Assembly (NCBI RefSeq): GCF_046119375.1
Contig: NW_027362763.1
Span: 417,012,001 to 417,076,000, forward strand
Source: Phyllobates terribilis
Taxonomy: Eukaryota
DNA: 64,000 bases
Direction of reading: 5' to 3'
Below, piece after piece: positions 46,467 to 58,026 of the stretch (within the stretch, counting starts at the first letter, position 1; each line of letters starts with the position of its first letter). Below the pieces are notes generated by a model that worked only from the letters and a program-made list of their open reading frames with translations, had not been told where the DNA came from and ran no database searches. The position numbers were made by a program, and so were the translations under genes.

Positions 46467-48098
46467 CAGTTATATGAAAAAGTTTGGGCACCCCTATTAA
46501 TCTTAAGCTTAATGATTTCTTAAAATTGGTGTTTTTGCAACAGCTATTTCAGTTTGATATATGTAATAACTGTTGGACACAGTAATGTTTTTGCCTTGAA
46601 ATGAGGTTTATTGTACTAACAGAAAATGTGCAATCTGCATTCAAACAAAATTTGAAAGGCGCATAAGTATGGGTACCCTTATCATTTTCTTGTTTTAAAT
46701 ACTCCTACCTACTTTTTACTGACTTACTAAAGCACTTTTTTTGGTTTTGTAACCTCACTGAGCTTTGAACTTCATAGCCAGGTGTATGCAATCATGAGAA
46801 AAGCTACTTAAAGTGGCCACTTGCAAGTTGTTCTCCTGTTTGAATCTCCTCTGAAGAGTGGCATCATGGGCTCCTCAAAACAACTGTCAAATGATCTGAA
46901 AACAAAGATTATTCAACATAGTTGTTCAGGGGAAGGATACAAAAAGCTGTCTCAGAGATTTAACCTGTCAGTTTCCACTGTGAGGAACATATTAAGGAAA
47001 TGGAAGAACGCAGGGACAGTTCTTGTTAAGGCCAGAAGTGGCAGGCCAAGAAAAACATCAGAAAGGCAGAGAAGAAGAATGGTGAGATCAGTCAAGGACA
47101 ATCCTCAGACCACCTCCAGAGAGCTGCAGCATCAACTTGCTGCAGATGGTGTCACTGTGCATCGGTCAACTATACAACGCACTTTGCACAAGGAGAAGCT
47201 GTATGGGAGAGTGATGCGAAAGAAGCCGTTTCTGCAAGCACGCCACAAACAGAGTCGGCTGAGGTATGCAAAAGCACATTTGGAGAAGCCAATTTGTTTT
47301 TGGAAGAAGGTCCTGTGGACTGATGAAACCAAGATTGAGTTGTTTGGTCATACAAAAAGGCGTTATGCATGGCGGCAAAAAAACACAGCATTCCAAGAAA
47401 AACACTTGCTACACACAGTAAAATTTGGTGGAGGTTCCATCATGCTTTGGGGCTGTGTGGCCAATGCCGGCACCGGGAATCTTTTAAAGTTGAGGGACGC
47501 ATGGATTCCACTCAGTATCAGCAGATTCTTGACAATAATGTTCAAGAATCAGTGACAAAGTTGAAGTTACGCAGGGGATGGATCTTTCAGCAAGACAATG
47601 ATCCAAAACACCGCTCCAAATTTACTCAGGCATTACAATGTTCTGGAATGGCCATCCCAGTCCCCAGACCTGAATATCATTGAACATCTGTGGGACCATT
47701 TGAAGAGGGCTGTCCATGCTCGGCGACCATCAAACTTAACTGAACTGGAATTGTTTTGTAAAGAGGAATGGTCAAAAATACCTTCATCCAGGATCCAGGA
47801 AATCATTAAAAGCTACAGGAAGCGACTAGAGGCTGTTATTTTTGCAAAAGGAGGATCTACTAAATATTAATGTCACTTTTCTGGTGAGGTGCCCATACTT
47901 ATGCACCTGTCAAATTTTGTTTGAATGCAGATTGCACATTTTCTGTTAGTACAATAAACCTCATTTCAAGGCAGAAACATTACTGTGTCCAACAGTTATT
48001 ACATATATCAAACTGAAATAGCTGTTGCAAAAACACCAATTTTTATAAAACATTAAGCTTAAGATTAATAGGGGTGCCCAAACTTTTTCATATAACTG
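46467..48098 (+). mobile_element. Full-length Tc1 element (1632 bp, ~210-bp IR/DR-type TIRs, TA TSD)
   Basis: TA-CAGTTATATGAAAAAGTTTGGGCACCCC ... GGGGTGCCCAAACTTTTTCATATAACTG-TA. Confidence 0.95.
46866..47870 (+). pseudogene. Tc1 DD34E transposase, frameshifted
   Basis: MGSSKQLSNDLKTKII paired-like HTH; WTDETKIELF, QQDNDPKH and WPSQSPDLNIIEHLW motifs; frameshift near 47440 and a short deletion after KHRSKF. Confidence 0.93.
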
Positions 48099-48813
48099 TA
48101 AGTGGTTGTAAGCATGGATAGCTAAGGTCCTGCAATGCCTGCACATGACGGAAGAGATATAGCGAATCAGAAAAACTATACTACATTTCTAATTGTAGGT
48201 ATTTGCTAATATTATTATTATTACACCTACTCCATATTGGGAGAGGATTTTGGAGATGGGAATACCCCTTTAAATACTAGTGTGGACACAATCTTATCAC
48301 TAAGTGGTGGTATTATTCAGTCATTGCAGCATTATTTAGCCCATATGTAGAGAGATTTTTGATCAGTATATATAAATATAGTTTATAAGTTTGCAGGATT
48401 TATTTATGGTGGGACATATTATTAAGGGGTGAAATTAACCAGCACACATTTTCATCGTGAATAATTATCATGCAGTGAAATCGCACATCCTCTTCCTTCT
48501 AGGGTATATAATATCTGCAGGTGCTACAGGTGTTTTAAATGTTTATCAATGGTCCTAATTTTCACCTGAACCCTGAAGTCACTCTAAACTATAAGTGAAG
48601 TTGTTCTCTTCTGTTGGGCTTTCAGAGACTTCTGAATGAAAAACATTTTTTCAGTTATTTAGGCTTACTTTGGCAGACTAAACAAATTTAACAATTTAGA
48701 CAAGCAGCACACTTCAAGTTCACATTTAAAAGAAACTCCAGCTAGAAATTCATGAAAATAAAAAGGATATCCTTAAAGACTAATTAATCATTACTACCTT
48801 GACAGTTTCTTAA

Positions 48814-49644
48814 GGCTGCATGCCATGCCATCTCCTCCGCGAAAACGCATTAAAAACGCTTGTTAAGTTATCTGCCATGTTTCCCAATGATAATCCGCAT
48901 ATGCTGTGCACATGCTGCGGAAATTTCCGCTGTGGATTATCATTGCGGAAAAATCCGCAGCACAACCATTAATTTTGCGGAATTGCGGCGAAATCACCGC
49001 CTTTGACTTGCATTGGACCGCATAACATCCGCACGACTACACGTACACATGTGGATATAATGCGATTCAATGCGCGGTGGTACCCGGGTCTGGAGAAGAG
49101 GAGACTCTCCTCCAGACCCGGGCACCGTAGTACCTGTAGTTAAAAAATAATTAAAAGAAAAGAAAAACATATACTTACCTTCTGATGGCCCCCTGTCTGC
49201 TCCCGGCGGCGCTGCTGGCTCTTCGGCTGCTCGCGGTGGTGTAAAAAGACCTTCCATGATGTAATTTAGTCACGTGAAAGGTCACGCGACCACCGACATC
49301 AGCGGTCGCCGAAGACACCGGACGCACCGTAGTGGAGACCGGGGGCCATCAGAAGGTGAGTATAATGTTTTTTTTTATTTTTCAACATTTTTATTCTTTT
49401 TTTTACTATTGATGCTGGTTGCATGGATTTATATAGTGTGACCAAGTTGTCAAGCACTTTTCCAAGTGATGCTAAAATCGCTTGGAAAAGCGCTTGACAA
49501 CCCACATGCGAAATCGCATGTTCAAAACGCTTCACAAACGCTTCTACCTGGCTGAAAAAAACGCATGTAAAATCCGCATGCTTTTTTTCTGCCAGGGAGA
49601 TGCAGAAACGCTCCGCAGCATTTCTGTATCGTGGGCACTTAGCC
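48814..49644. mobile_element. Harbinger-type MITE (degenerate)
   Basis: GGCT...AGCC termini each flanked by TAA; internal inverted repeats (TACTTACCTTCTGATGGCCCC / GGGGCCATCAGAAGGTGAGTA). Confidence 0.55.
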
Positions 49645-49666
49645 TAACACTATAATGTGTTTCATA

Positions 49667-51105
49667 TGTAATGTGGCTCAGGGCTATAGCCATGGGCGAG
49701 GTACTCGTCTGTTAAGCATTACATGTAGGTGGGGGTCCTACCTGAGTGTGTGGACTGGTGTTGTGACGGTGCTACGCCCGTGCAGGCCTCATTTAACTGA
49801 TGCTGCTGGTAGGCCAGGACTAGGTGTTTTGCAGTTCAATGAGGAAGAACATTAGTCAAAAATAATTTTTTTACTGAACAGAAACTTGGTTGGGAATATA
49901 TACAAGAGAAAGTGGGTACACTGTCTTATGAACGTTTTCTTTACTACTCAAAGCATTTTCCACACCATTTCCTTCCTTCTTTTCTCTCTATTCACCTTTC
50001 TTCTTCTCCACATGTCTTCTATATCCTCTGTTTCTCACTAATTCACCACATCCCAGCACAACACTACAGTGCTGTTTAGCAAGAGCCCTTTTCTCGACCC
50101 ACGGTTCAGCATTTTCTTTCCCCTCAGTGTGCCAGCATGGCTGATCCTTATCTTCTCTAGTGCTGACGCTCTGGAACTCCCGCCTGAGACAATCTATTCG
50201 TCTCACATACTCAGTCCTGTCTATGCCTATTACCTTCAAGAGTTATAAACTCTGGGCCTTTCTGCTAGGTGTCTTCTCCCGGGACTCATCTCTGGTAGAT
50301 TACTCTGTCTCTTAGATAGATCTGGAGCAGAAAGGACTATCTCTTTCCTTCAGTCTCCTCTCACTTTAGGGACACACCAGAATGCGGCACTGCTCACAAT
50401 AGACCTTAGGTCTTTTTTCTATGCACTCGAGACCATATCTGACTCCTAGAAAGGAACAGTCTCTTGTTCCTTCACCTTACCCCCTGACACTCTGGGCTAG
50501 TCCCAAACATTAACTCTCATTATCCCTATTGTCATATTACACACACTATCAACATTACTAACATATTTAACACACATCACAATTCACATTACATCACATA
50601 ACATTATACTTGTTTCTTCAAGGGGGAACGCGAGCAGTATGTCCATCTCCTTATATTTCCCCCTTATTTAACGATGGCTGTTCTTGGCCATCCGGAACCT
50701 GTAGCACTAAGGCACCCTCCAGCACATAACTTATATGACTAGATACTTGTGAAAGACATCAAACCACTCTCCTGTACATTACTTAGACCGGATGATGTTT
50801 CTTTTCTTTTCATTTAAGCCGGTCCTCTCTGTTAGGACCCTAAGACTTACAACCGGGTTGATTTAGCCTTACTGAACAAGCTTCCTCATACCAACAATAC
50901 AGTCCATCCCTGTAAGGGTAGCTCTTTTCACAGTGGGCACAGTCCATTTTTCCCCCATCAGTCTATAAGTACTTTGACTTCGAATTCCTGTTCATGAGAC
51001 AAGTGCATAGTCCCTTAGGGACCATTCTGGATTGGGCTTAGTCCTTAACTCAGGGTAAAGGACCCTCCAGCTACTTCAATGCCTTGCAATCCAATAGAGT
51101 GAAAG
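49667..51105 (-). mobile_element. Old LTR element: 3' LTR (49667-50655) plus degraded internal sequence that continues after 63847
   Basis: PPT-like TAAGGGGGAAA (minus) abuts a ~990-bp LTR-like block. Gypsy-2 inserted into the adjoining sequence with TSD AAAG. Family not identified. Confidence 0.5.
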
Positions 51106-52164
51106 TGACTCACCCCCTGGGCCAGTGCTGTAGTGCGGCGCGCGTGCGCGCGGGGGATACCCGGAGCCGGATCCGATGGGGGTAGTAGTCTTCGTGTGGC
51201 GGTGACCCGGTCCGCGCCCAGGGTGGTCAAACTAAGTGTCAGTTATTGGTATGATGGTATTAGTGTCCGACTACGCCACCCGTTGAATGCGGTTATGAAA
51301 CCGCCGCTGCAGGGCAGACCGCTGAGGCCGGTGGTATAGGTGTGCAGCAATGTTGATATAACCCCCAACGGGAGAGGTATGGCCTCAGGGCAGCGGATGT
51401 GGGTGATGTTGGGAGTGATGGTGTGGATGTCCCAGCACTAACGGTGCGACAAGGAAGCACGGAGACGCGAGGGTACAGTTCAGGGCCTTTACTGATGGTA
51501 CAAGGCAAATTCCCCCGGGAGTACTGGCTAGTAGTTGGGGCCTGGTTAGTCTGCGAGTAAGCCGGAGTTCCCCTGGCCAGGTGGAGTTGTAGGCCTTCCC
51601 GTTAGTCTGTACCCTTCCTGGCTACCCTGCTTTCGGCGGTTACAAGTAGCCCACGTCCCTGGGTATACCGTGTGGTGCTCACCCGTATGGCTGGTGACCT
51701 GGGGCCTCCTGTTAGCCTCCGCTCCGGGATGGCGGTGCTGGTCCCTTCGTTGTGACTGAGCCTCCGGGCTTTTATGGCCAGAGGACCTGGAATCCCCTGC
51801 CGGATGGATTCTGCTGCTGGGTATATCTTAGTCCCCACAGCCTCGGACTCCTGTGTCCGGTTTTAGTACCTTCTCCCAGGGCGAGCTCTGCACAGCTCCA
51901 GCCCCTGGCGCTTCTCCTTGGCTCCTACAGAGCTCCTGATGTCTCTCTGTCCCTGTTTCTACGTGTCCAGACCAGACTCCGTCTCTGTCTGGAACTCCTC
52001 TCTCTAACCCTGCCTCAGCCCCAGTTTATGTAGGGGAAGTTCTTCCCCTCCCAGGACTGGGCAGGAGGTGTGGCATGCTTAGGATTCCTGCCCAGGAGAC
52101 CTCCCACCTGCTCACAGACGTAATACTGCTATTACTGTGGAAACCAGACCCCTGGGGTGCCACA
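51106..52164 (-). repeat. Gypsy-2 3' LTR (1059 bp)
   Basis: Near-identical to 58031-59057 plus 63812-63843; PPT complement TTCCCCCCTAG at 52165-52175. Confidence 0.95.
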
Positions 52165-52520
52165 TTCCCCCCTAGTGAAATTTAGTACTCCCGGACTAAA
52201 CATAAACATAACAGGGTATAAACAATAACAATTAAATACATGAGATGGTCACGGCGTGTCCGTAACCGGGAAGCAATAAGGGTGTCCATTTCACCAAAGA
52301 ACAGGGAGCCGTAACCAGGTAGGGGTCTGTCCTGCCCCGAGTCTTTAACAGTCTTTAGTCCATTCCTGGGTTACGCTCCAAACATATTTACAGCAGAGTT
52401 CCGGTTACTCACTGTCCATAACCTGTCAGTCCATATAAAGAAATCTGTAACTGAAAAACATAATTAGCAACGGCTACAACAAAACAGGTAAACATAAAAT
52501 AGTTAAAGCAACTAGCCAAC

Positions 52521-55500
52521 TTAGATTCTCCAACGTACGGGCATCTGGCCTCTGGTATCCCTAGTGGACCTACGGAGCTCACTAACTGGTCCTGCACTAC
52601 AGGGTGTAGAAGGTGTTATGGGCAGGCTGGGCAGCTTTCTGCGCACTCTTTGGCTCACTAGGGGCATGGCAGGCTCACTACTAGCAGAGGGTTGATCCTC
52701 CTGTACTGCTGGTGTGGACTCTTCTGCCTCTTGGGCCGGCTGCTTTTCCAGCTCTACTGGTTCCTCTGTAGGCACTTGCGGGGCTGGCTGGAGAAAGGTG
52801 AGGACGGGTACCACGACAGCACCGTTTACTTGTGTCCAAGACCGGGGGAAGTCTCCGAGTACAGTCCTGATCATTTCTTCCCTTTCCTCTGCGGGTCGAG
52901 GGTTTTCTTGATCTTCTTCTTCAGGGTTTTGCAGCTGCTCGGGACACTTCTTCAGGTGGTCTCTGGAGACAACGGCTGTGGTTTCTCCTCCATCCTTACT
53001 GATCACGCAAATCTTTGGGTTCTCATGGCTTGATGGCAGTACGGTGTACGGGTCCTTCTCCCACTGGTCGTCCAACTTGTGGAGCCGTCTTTTCCTCTTC
53101 AAGACCTGCTCTCCAGGTACCAGGGGAACAGTGGGAGCATACTGATTATAAGCCCTCTCTTGCCTTTCTCTAGCTTGAGACAGACTTCGCTCCACGCTCT
53201 CCTGCACTTTCCGATACTGCTGCTGCCGTCCTGTATCCCAGTCTGCCTCTGGCGAGGTGTCCTCGGGCGTCAGGACTCCCATATCCAGGTCGATAGGCAG
53301 CTTACCAGGCCTCGCTCTCATTAGGTAAGCCGGGGTACAGTTGGTAGAACCTACAGGGATGTGGTTGTATAGGTCCACCAGATCAGGCAGCTTCTCAGGC
53401 CACAGACTGCGTTCTTCCAGGGGCAATGTTTTCAGGAGGTCTATCACCACCTGGTTCATCTTCTCGCAGAGTCCATTAGTCTGTGGGTGATAGGGCGTTG
53501 TTCTTATCTTCGTGCAGCCATACAGGTTGCAGAACTCCTGGAAGACTTCCGCTTCGAAGGCTGGCCCTTGGTCTGTCAGCACTTGGTCCGGGTACCCGTG
53601 TGGACGGCAGAAGTGCTGCTGGAAGGCTCTAGCTGCTGTTTGAGCCGTTAAGTCCTTGACCGGGACCACCACCAGGAACCGGGAGTAATGATCTACGATT
53701 GTAAGGGCGTAGACATACCCAGATCTGCTTGGAGCCAGTTTCACATGGTCCAGGGCTACCAGTTCCAGTGGCTGTCGGGTGATGATGGGCTGCAAGGGAG
53801 TCTTCTGGCTGGCACGGTCCTTCCTTCTTAGGTGGCACGGTCCACAGTCTCTGCACCACCTCTCGATGGCTCCTCTCATGCCTACCCAGTAGAACCGTTC
53901 ACGCAATAAGAACTCCAGCTTCTTCCACCCGAAATGTCCTGCTCCGTTGTGGTACGCCTCCAGAATCATAGCCGCGTCTCGTCTGGGGACCACTACCTGC
54001 CAGGTCAACTCATGTGTTCGAGAGTTAACCATTCTCCGGCACAACTTCTCCCTGTAGAGGAACAGCCTACTTTTCTCCTTCCACAGTTGCTTAGTCTCCT
54101 CTGGGGCGTCTGGGTCCAGACTGGCATCGGCTTGGGTCAGCATTTCCTTCACCAGACGGACTGCAGGATTACTATCTTGCGTCTCCGCCCAGTTGTAGTG
54201 GGGCAAGGGATTGAACGTCGCGGAGCGCCTGTCCTTCACACGGTGGGAATACAGGGTAATCCCATGACGGTGGAACGCAGGGAGCTCAACTTCTTCCAGA
54301 TCTTCTGGATCTTCCCCCACGTCCGGTAAGTTCGGCATTCTAGACAGGGCATCCGCGTTGGCATTTGAGCGTCCTGCCCGGTATTTGATGGTGAATTCAA
54401 AGTTGGACAGGCGAGCCATCCATCTCTGTTCCAGAGCACCGAGCCTTGCAGTGTCCAGGTGTGTCAACGGGTTGTTATCCGTGTACACGATGAATTTGGA
54501 GGAGGCAAGGTAATGCTTGAAACGTTCGGTCACTGCCCACACTACTGCCAGGAACTCCAGCTTGAATGAGCTATAATTCTCAGGGTTCCTCTCGGTGGGT
54601 CGTAGCTTTCGGCTAGCGTAAGCGATTACTCGTTCTTTTCCTTGCTGGATCTGGGACAGCACGGCTCCTAGCCCGATGTTACTTGCGTCCGTGTGGAGGA
54701 TAAAGGGCTGGCTGTAGTCTGGATATGCCAGGATTTCATCCCCCGTGAGGGCCATCTTCAGCTGGCAAAAGGACTCCTCTTCCAGCTTTTCCCACCTGAA
54801 GGGCAGCTTCTGGTTTTTGGCTTTTCGAGATTGACCTATCAGGAGGTCCTGCATAGGGGCTGCCATTTTGGTGAAACCGGGAATGAATCTTCGGTAGTAG
54901 CCTACCAACCCGAGGAACTGCCGCACTTCCTTTATGCTGGAGGGTCTTGGCCAGTCCTTAATCACGGTGATCTTATCAGGGTCAGGAGCCACTCCGTCAG
55001 CACTCACCACGTGTCCCAGGTATTGCACCTTTGGTTTCAGGAGGTGACACTTTGAGGGTTTCACCTTTAGGCCGTAGTTTGCCAGAGCTTCGAACACTTC
55101 TGCCAGGTGTTTCAGGTGGTCCTCGTAGGTCTTGGAATAGACGATGACATCGTCCAGGTATAACAGGACCGTCTCGAAGTTCCGGTGTCCCAGACAGCAT
55201 TCCATCAACCGTTGGAAGGTTCCTGGTGCGTTGCAGAGCCCGAACGGCATACAGTTAAATTCGCTGAGACCCATCGGGGTGGTGAATGCGGTCTTCTCTC
55301 GGTCTGCCTCTGCTACAGGAACCTGCCAGTACCCGCTAGTGAGATCCAAAGTAGAGAAGAAGTTAGCAGATTTTAATGCAGCTAAGGACTCTTCTATCCT
55401 TGGTAACGGGTACGCATCTTTGTGTGTGATACGGTTGACCTTCCTGTAATCTACACACATTCTCATAGTGTTGTCCTTCTTTTTCACTAAGACTAGTGGA

Positions 55501-56660
55501 GCTGCCCAGGGGCTACAGCTGTCCCTGATTACCCCAGCCTCCTTCATGTCTCTAAGCATCCCCTTGGCGTGTTGGTAGTGTGCAGGGGGTACGGGTCGGT
55601 ATCTCTCCTTTATGGGAGGATGGTCTCCCGTGGGGATGTGGTGTTCTACCCCCTTTACTCGCCCGAAGTCTAACGGGTGTTTACTAAACACTCTCTCGTA
55701 CTCTTGAACCACCCGATAGACTCCTTGTTTCTGGTGTGAGGGAGTGGAGTCAGTACCCAAATGTAGTTGCTGACACCAGTCCTCCACTGGTTTCTTAGAG
55801 CCGTTACCTTCCTCTGGTTGAGATGGAGGCAAGGGTTCCACGGCCTGTACAGAATTCTGGTTTATGGTGAACAATTTAGCTAGCGTGGCATACCGGGGCA
55901 GGTGTACTTCTCTCTCACCGATATTTATGATGCGAACGGGCACCCTCCCATGGCGTACATCGACCACCCCCCGTGCTGTCAAAATGGTGGGCCTACTGTC
56001 TGAGTAGACGGGTTCTACCATTGCTTGGTAGTCTCTACCTCTTAGACCAATAGCTGCCCGGCACCAAATCATCATCTCACTTTTTGGGGGCATGGCAATA
56101 GGGAACGGGTCACACATTCTCACGCTACCTATCTCACCACCAGATAGTTCCACCTGTTGCCGCTTCATCAGTGCCCGGATCTCTTTTTGGAGCACTCGCT
56201 GCTGGCCGGAACTGGCGTTCTTGGCAACCTGCTGTAAAATGAGAATCACCTCTGCAAGACAATTTTCAATTACATTGGTTCCCAGGGTGATTCTAGGGTG
56301 ACTCTCATGACGGTCTATGTCCACTATAATGAGTCCTTGTGCCGCCAGTTCGACTTTACCGATTTTAATGGTCACCTCCTTGAATCCCACCTGCGGCACG
56401 GGCTGACCATTGCTGGCGATGATACTCAGGTCGTCGTCTGGGTAGCGGGATATGTCCGAATCATTCCAGTACTGCTTGAAGAGCACGTACGGGATGGTGG
56501 TGACCTGTGACCCAGTGTCTAGTAGGGCACTCATAGGAATGCCATCCAGTACCACAGGCAAGATTGGACGTCCCCCTACGTATTTATCACGCCAGTTTGA
56601 TGGGCCTGATGGTCTTATGCCTGGGGGTTGGCCCTCTACCCCAGGTTGTGCCCGTTTAAA
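52521..56660 (-). CDS. pol: Gypsy-2 Pol (PR-RT-RNase H-integrase), expressed by -1 frameshift from gag
   Basis: Uninterrupted 1419-aa frame: LLDTGSQV, LYLDDVIV, LHTDASNIGLGAVL, H-H-C-C, LVALDH / VLTDQGPAFE / GLCEKMN. Confidence 0.96.
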   Translation of the reverse strand, partial: FKRAQPGVEGQPPGIRPSGPSNWRDKYVGGRPILPVVLDGIPMSALLDTGSQVTTIPYVLFKQYWNDSDISRYPDDDLSIIASNGQPVPQVGFKEVTIKIGKVELAAQGLIIVDIDRHESHPRITLGTNVIENCLAEVILILQQVAKNASSGQQRVLQKEIRALMKRQQVELSGGEIGSVRMCDPFPIAMPPKSEMMIWCRAAIGLRGRDYQAMVEPVYSDSRPTILTARGVVDVRHGRVPVRIINIGEREVHLPRYATLAKLFTINQNSVQAVEPLPPSQPEEGNGSKKPVEDWCQQLHLGTDSTPSHQKQGVYRVVQEYERVFSKHPLDFGRVKGVEHHIPTGDHPPIKERYRPVPPAHYQHAKGMLRDMKEAGVIRDSCSPWAAPLVLVKKKDNTMRMCVDYRKVNRITHKDAYPLPRIEESLAALKSANFFSTLDLTSGYWQVPVAEADREKTAFTTPMGLSEFNCMPFGLCNAPGTFQRLMECCLGHRNFETVLLYLDDVIVYSKTYEDHLKHLAEVFEALANYGLKVKPSKCHLLKPKVQYLGHVVSADGVAPDPDKITVIKDWPRPSSIKEVRQFLGLVGYYRRFIPGFTKMAAPMQDLLIGQSRKAKNQKLPFRWEKLEEESFCQLKMALTGDEILAYPDYSQPFILHTDASNIGLGAVLSQIQQGKERVIAYASRKLRPTERNPENYSSFKLEFLAVVWAVTERFKHYLASSKFIVYTDNNPLTHLDTARLGALEQRWMARLSNFEFTIKYRAGRSNANADALSRMPNLPDVGEDPEDLEEVELPAFHRHGITLYSHRVKDRRSATFNPLPHYNWAETQDSNPAVRLVKEMLTQADASLDPDAPEETKQLWKEKSRLFLYREKLCRRMVNSRTHELTWQVVVPRRDAAMILEAYHNGAGHFGWKKLEFLLRERFYWVGMRGAIERWCRDCGPCHLRRKDRASQKTPLQPIITRQPLELVALDHVKLAPSRSGYVYALTIVDHYSRFLVVVPVKDLTAQTAARAFQQHFCRPHGYPDQVLTDQGPAFEAEVFQEFCNLYGCTKIRTTPYHPQTNGLCEKMNQVVIDLLKTLPLEERSLWPEKLPDLVDLYNHIPVGSTNCTPAYLMRARPGKLPIDLDMGVLTPEDTSPEADWDTGRQQQYRKVQESVERSLSQARERQERAYNQYAPTVPLVPGEQVLKRKRRLHKLDDQWEKDPYTVLPSSHENPKICVISKDGGETTAVVSRDHLKKCPEQLQNPEEEDQENPRPAEEREEMIRTVLGDFPRSWTQVNGAVVVPVLTFLQPAPQVPTEEPVELEKQPAQEAEESTPAVQEDQPSASSEPAMPLVSQRVRRKLPSLPITPSTPCSAGPVSELRRSTRDTRGQMPVRWRI

Positions 56661-57619
56661 TGACAGTACCTTGCCACATGTCCGGGTTGATTGCAGCGGC
56701 GGCAAATAGGTCGTCCGTCCTCGTTGTATCGATCGCTGGGTCTTCCTCTGGCCGGTGGGGTCCTCCTTGGTCGGCGCCACGGGATGTCCTCCGGTCCGGA
56801 TGCCAGCTCGATCTTCCCTGCAGTAGAAACCTGTAAAGACTGCACAGTTCGGGTTAGCGCGGCAACGCTTTTAGTTAGCTCTTGGACCTGATGGTGCAGG
56901 TCTGTAGCCGGGTCACTGTTTAAAGCCTGCGCATCAGCTCCCACAGGCCCTGCAGACAAGGGCGCCATCTCCTGGTGATAAGTGATAGCAGGGCGCCTGT
57001 GGGTCACAGCGCCACCTGGTGCCAGTTCTCGGAGCACCCGGATGGCTCTGTACTTGAACTGTGCAAAGTCCAGGTCAAGGTCCTGTAAGGCCATTGCCCG
57101 CAACTGGGTTCGGTGGGCATTGCACAGTAGACCCTCAATGAATTGTTCAGTCAACAGCTTATCTTCATTTCCCACGCTGTCAGGGTCTGCCTGCTTAATG
57201 GCTCTCAGGGCCTCTTGTAGGTTTAGAGCATAGTCTCTTATACTCTCATGTGCCCGTTGTTTGCACCCATAAAATCTTAGTTTTATTTCGGCTGAGCTGC
57301 GGGTGTCAAATGTGTCTTTCAGCCGGGTTAGTATGTCTCTGACAGTCCTCTTCCTCCCAGGTGGCCAGGACTTTACCTCCCTTTGGGCTGCCCCGATTAA
57401 TTGGGCCACCAGGATGCTCACTTTTTGCGCCTCCGTGAGGGGATACACCTGGAAGACGCTATCCAGCCTTTCTCTGAAGTCATTTAGCGTATGTGACTCC
57501 CCTGAGTACTGGGGTAGCCAGGCTGCCCCCGGGATATAGGGCATGGTGAAAGGCATGACCGCAGCAGCGGTGGCGCTGGCGGCGGCTGTGGCGGTGAAGC
57601 TCTCCTCCGTATCCGACAT
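56636..57619 (-). CDS. gag: Gypsy-2 Gag (PNMA-like capsid, CCHC zinc knuckle), 327 aa
   Basis: Intact ORF ending in CRRCNQPGHVARYC (CX2CX4HX4C). Confidence 0.94.
   Translation of the reverse strand: MSDTEESFTATAAASATAAAVMPFTMPYIPGAAWLPQYSGESHTLNDFRERLDSVFQVYPLTEAQKVSILVAQLIGAAQREVKSWPPGRKRTVRDILTRLKDTFDTRSSAEIKLRFYGCKQRAHESIRDYALNLQEALRAIKQADPDSVGNEDKLLTEQFIEGLLCNAHRTQLRAMALQDLDLDFAQFKYRAIRVLRELAPGGAVTHRRPAITYHQEMAPLSAGPVGADAQALNSDPATDLHHQVQELTKSVAALTRTVQSLQVSTAGKIELASGPEDIPWRRPRRTPPARGRPSDRYNEDGRPICRRCNQPGHVARYCHLNGHNLG
56654..56660 (-). promoter_or_regulatory. -1 ribosomal frameshift slippery site U UUA AAC
   Basis: The gag frame reads TTA AAC and the pol frame reads TTT AAA. It is followed 8 nt later by a CCTGGGG/CCCCAGG stem. 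The same site occurs in Gypsy-1 at 21568-21574. Confidence 0.85.
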
Positions 57620-58007
57620 CCTCCTCCCCCCTAGTGGACCGTGGCCTACCTTGCGATGATCCTCTTCCGTAGGCCGCGGCTCCGCAGTGGATCGTCAGGG
57701 TTGAGGACCTTCCGTCGCGCTCCTGTGACGTCGGCGTCTGCTGGGCTCCTTCCAGGACCTTACGCAACGTCCGGACGTGAGGCGGGGCTTCAGTTCTCGT
57801 GGGCTTTCGGAGTCCACGCCCCTCTTCTTCCCGCGCGGCGCCCTCAGGATGGCGTCCAATGGCGGGAAAACTCCACGGATGGCGGGAAGAAGGCAGAAGA
57901 TGGCGTCGGATGGCGGGAATCGGCTCCAGATGGTGGGAAACTTCACCACAGGTAAGTATAAAAGTCTCTTTTTTCAGGCACGCAGTACCCGGTGGTTACG
58001 GGCACGT

Positions 58008-58026
58008 AATCCTGCCGACTACGCCA
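58008..58026 (-). promoter_or_regulatory. Gypsy-2 primer binding site, tRNA-Ser(AGA/UGA)
   Basis: AATCCTGCCGACTACGCCA on plus, 4 nt from the LTR boundary at 58031. Confidence 0.9.

Larger units (their letters stand above)
46272..48269. mobile_element. TTAA-flanked palindromic MITE split in the middle by a Tc1 insertion
   Basis: Arms 46272-46464 and 48101-48269 are reverse complements (CCCATCTCCAAGATCC / GGATTTTGGAGATGGG); TTAA on both sides. Confidence 0.85.

Noticed and set aside
52521-52900. Chromodomain or env after the Gypsy-2 integrase
   Set aside because: The C-terminal tail is Pro/Glu-rich and low complexity, ending in an LRRSTR motif; no chromodomain aromatic cage or TM segment is seen.
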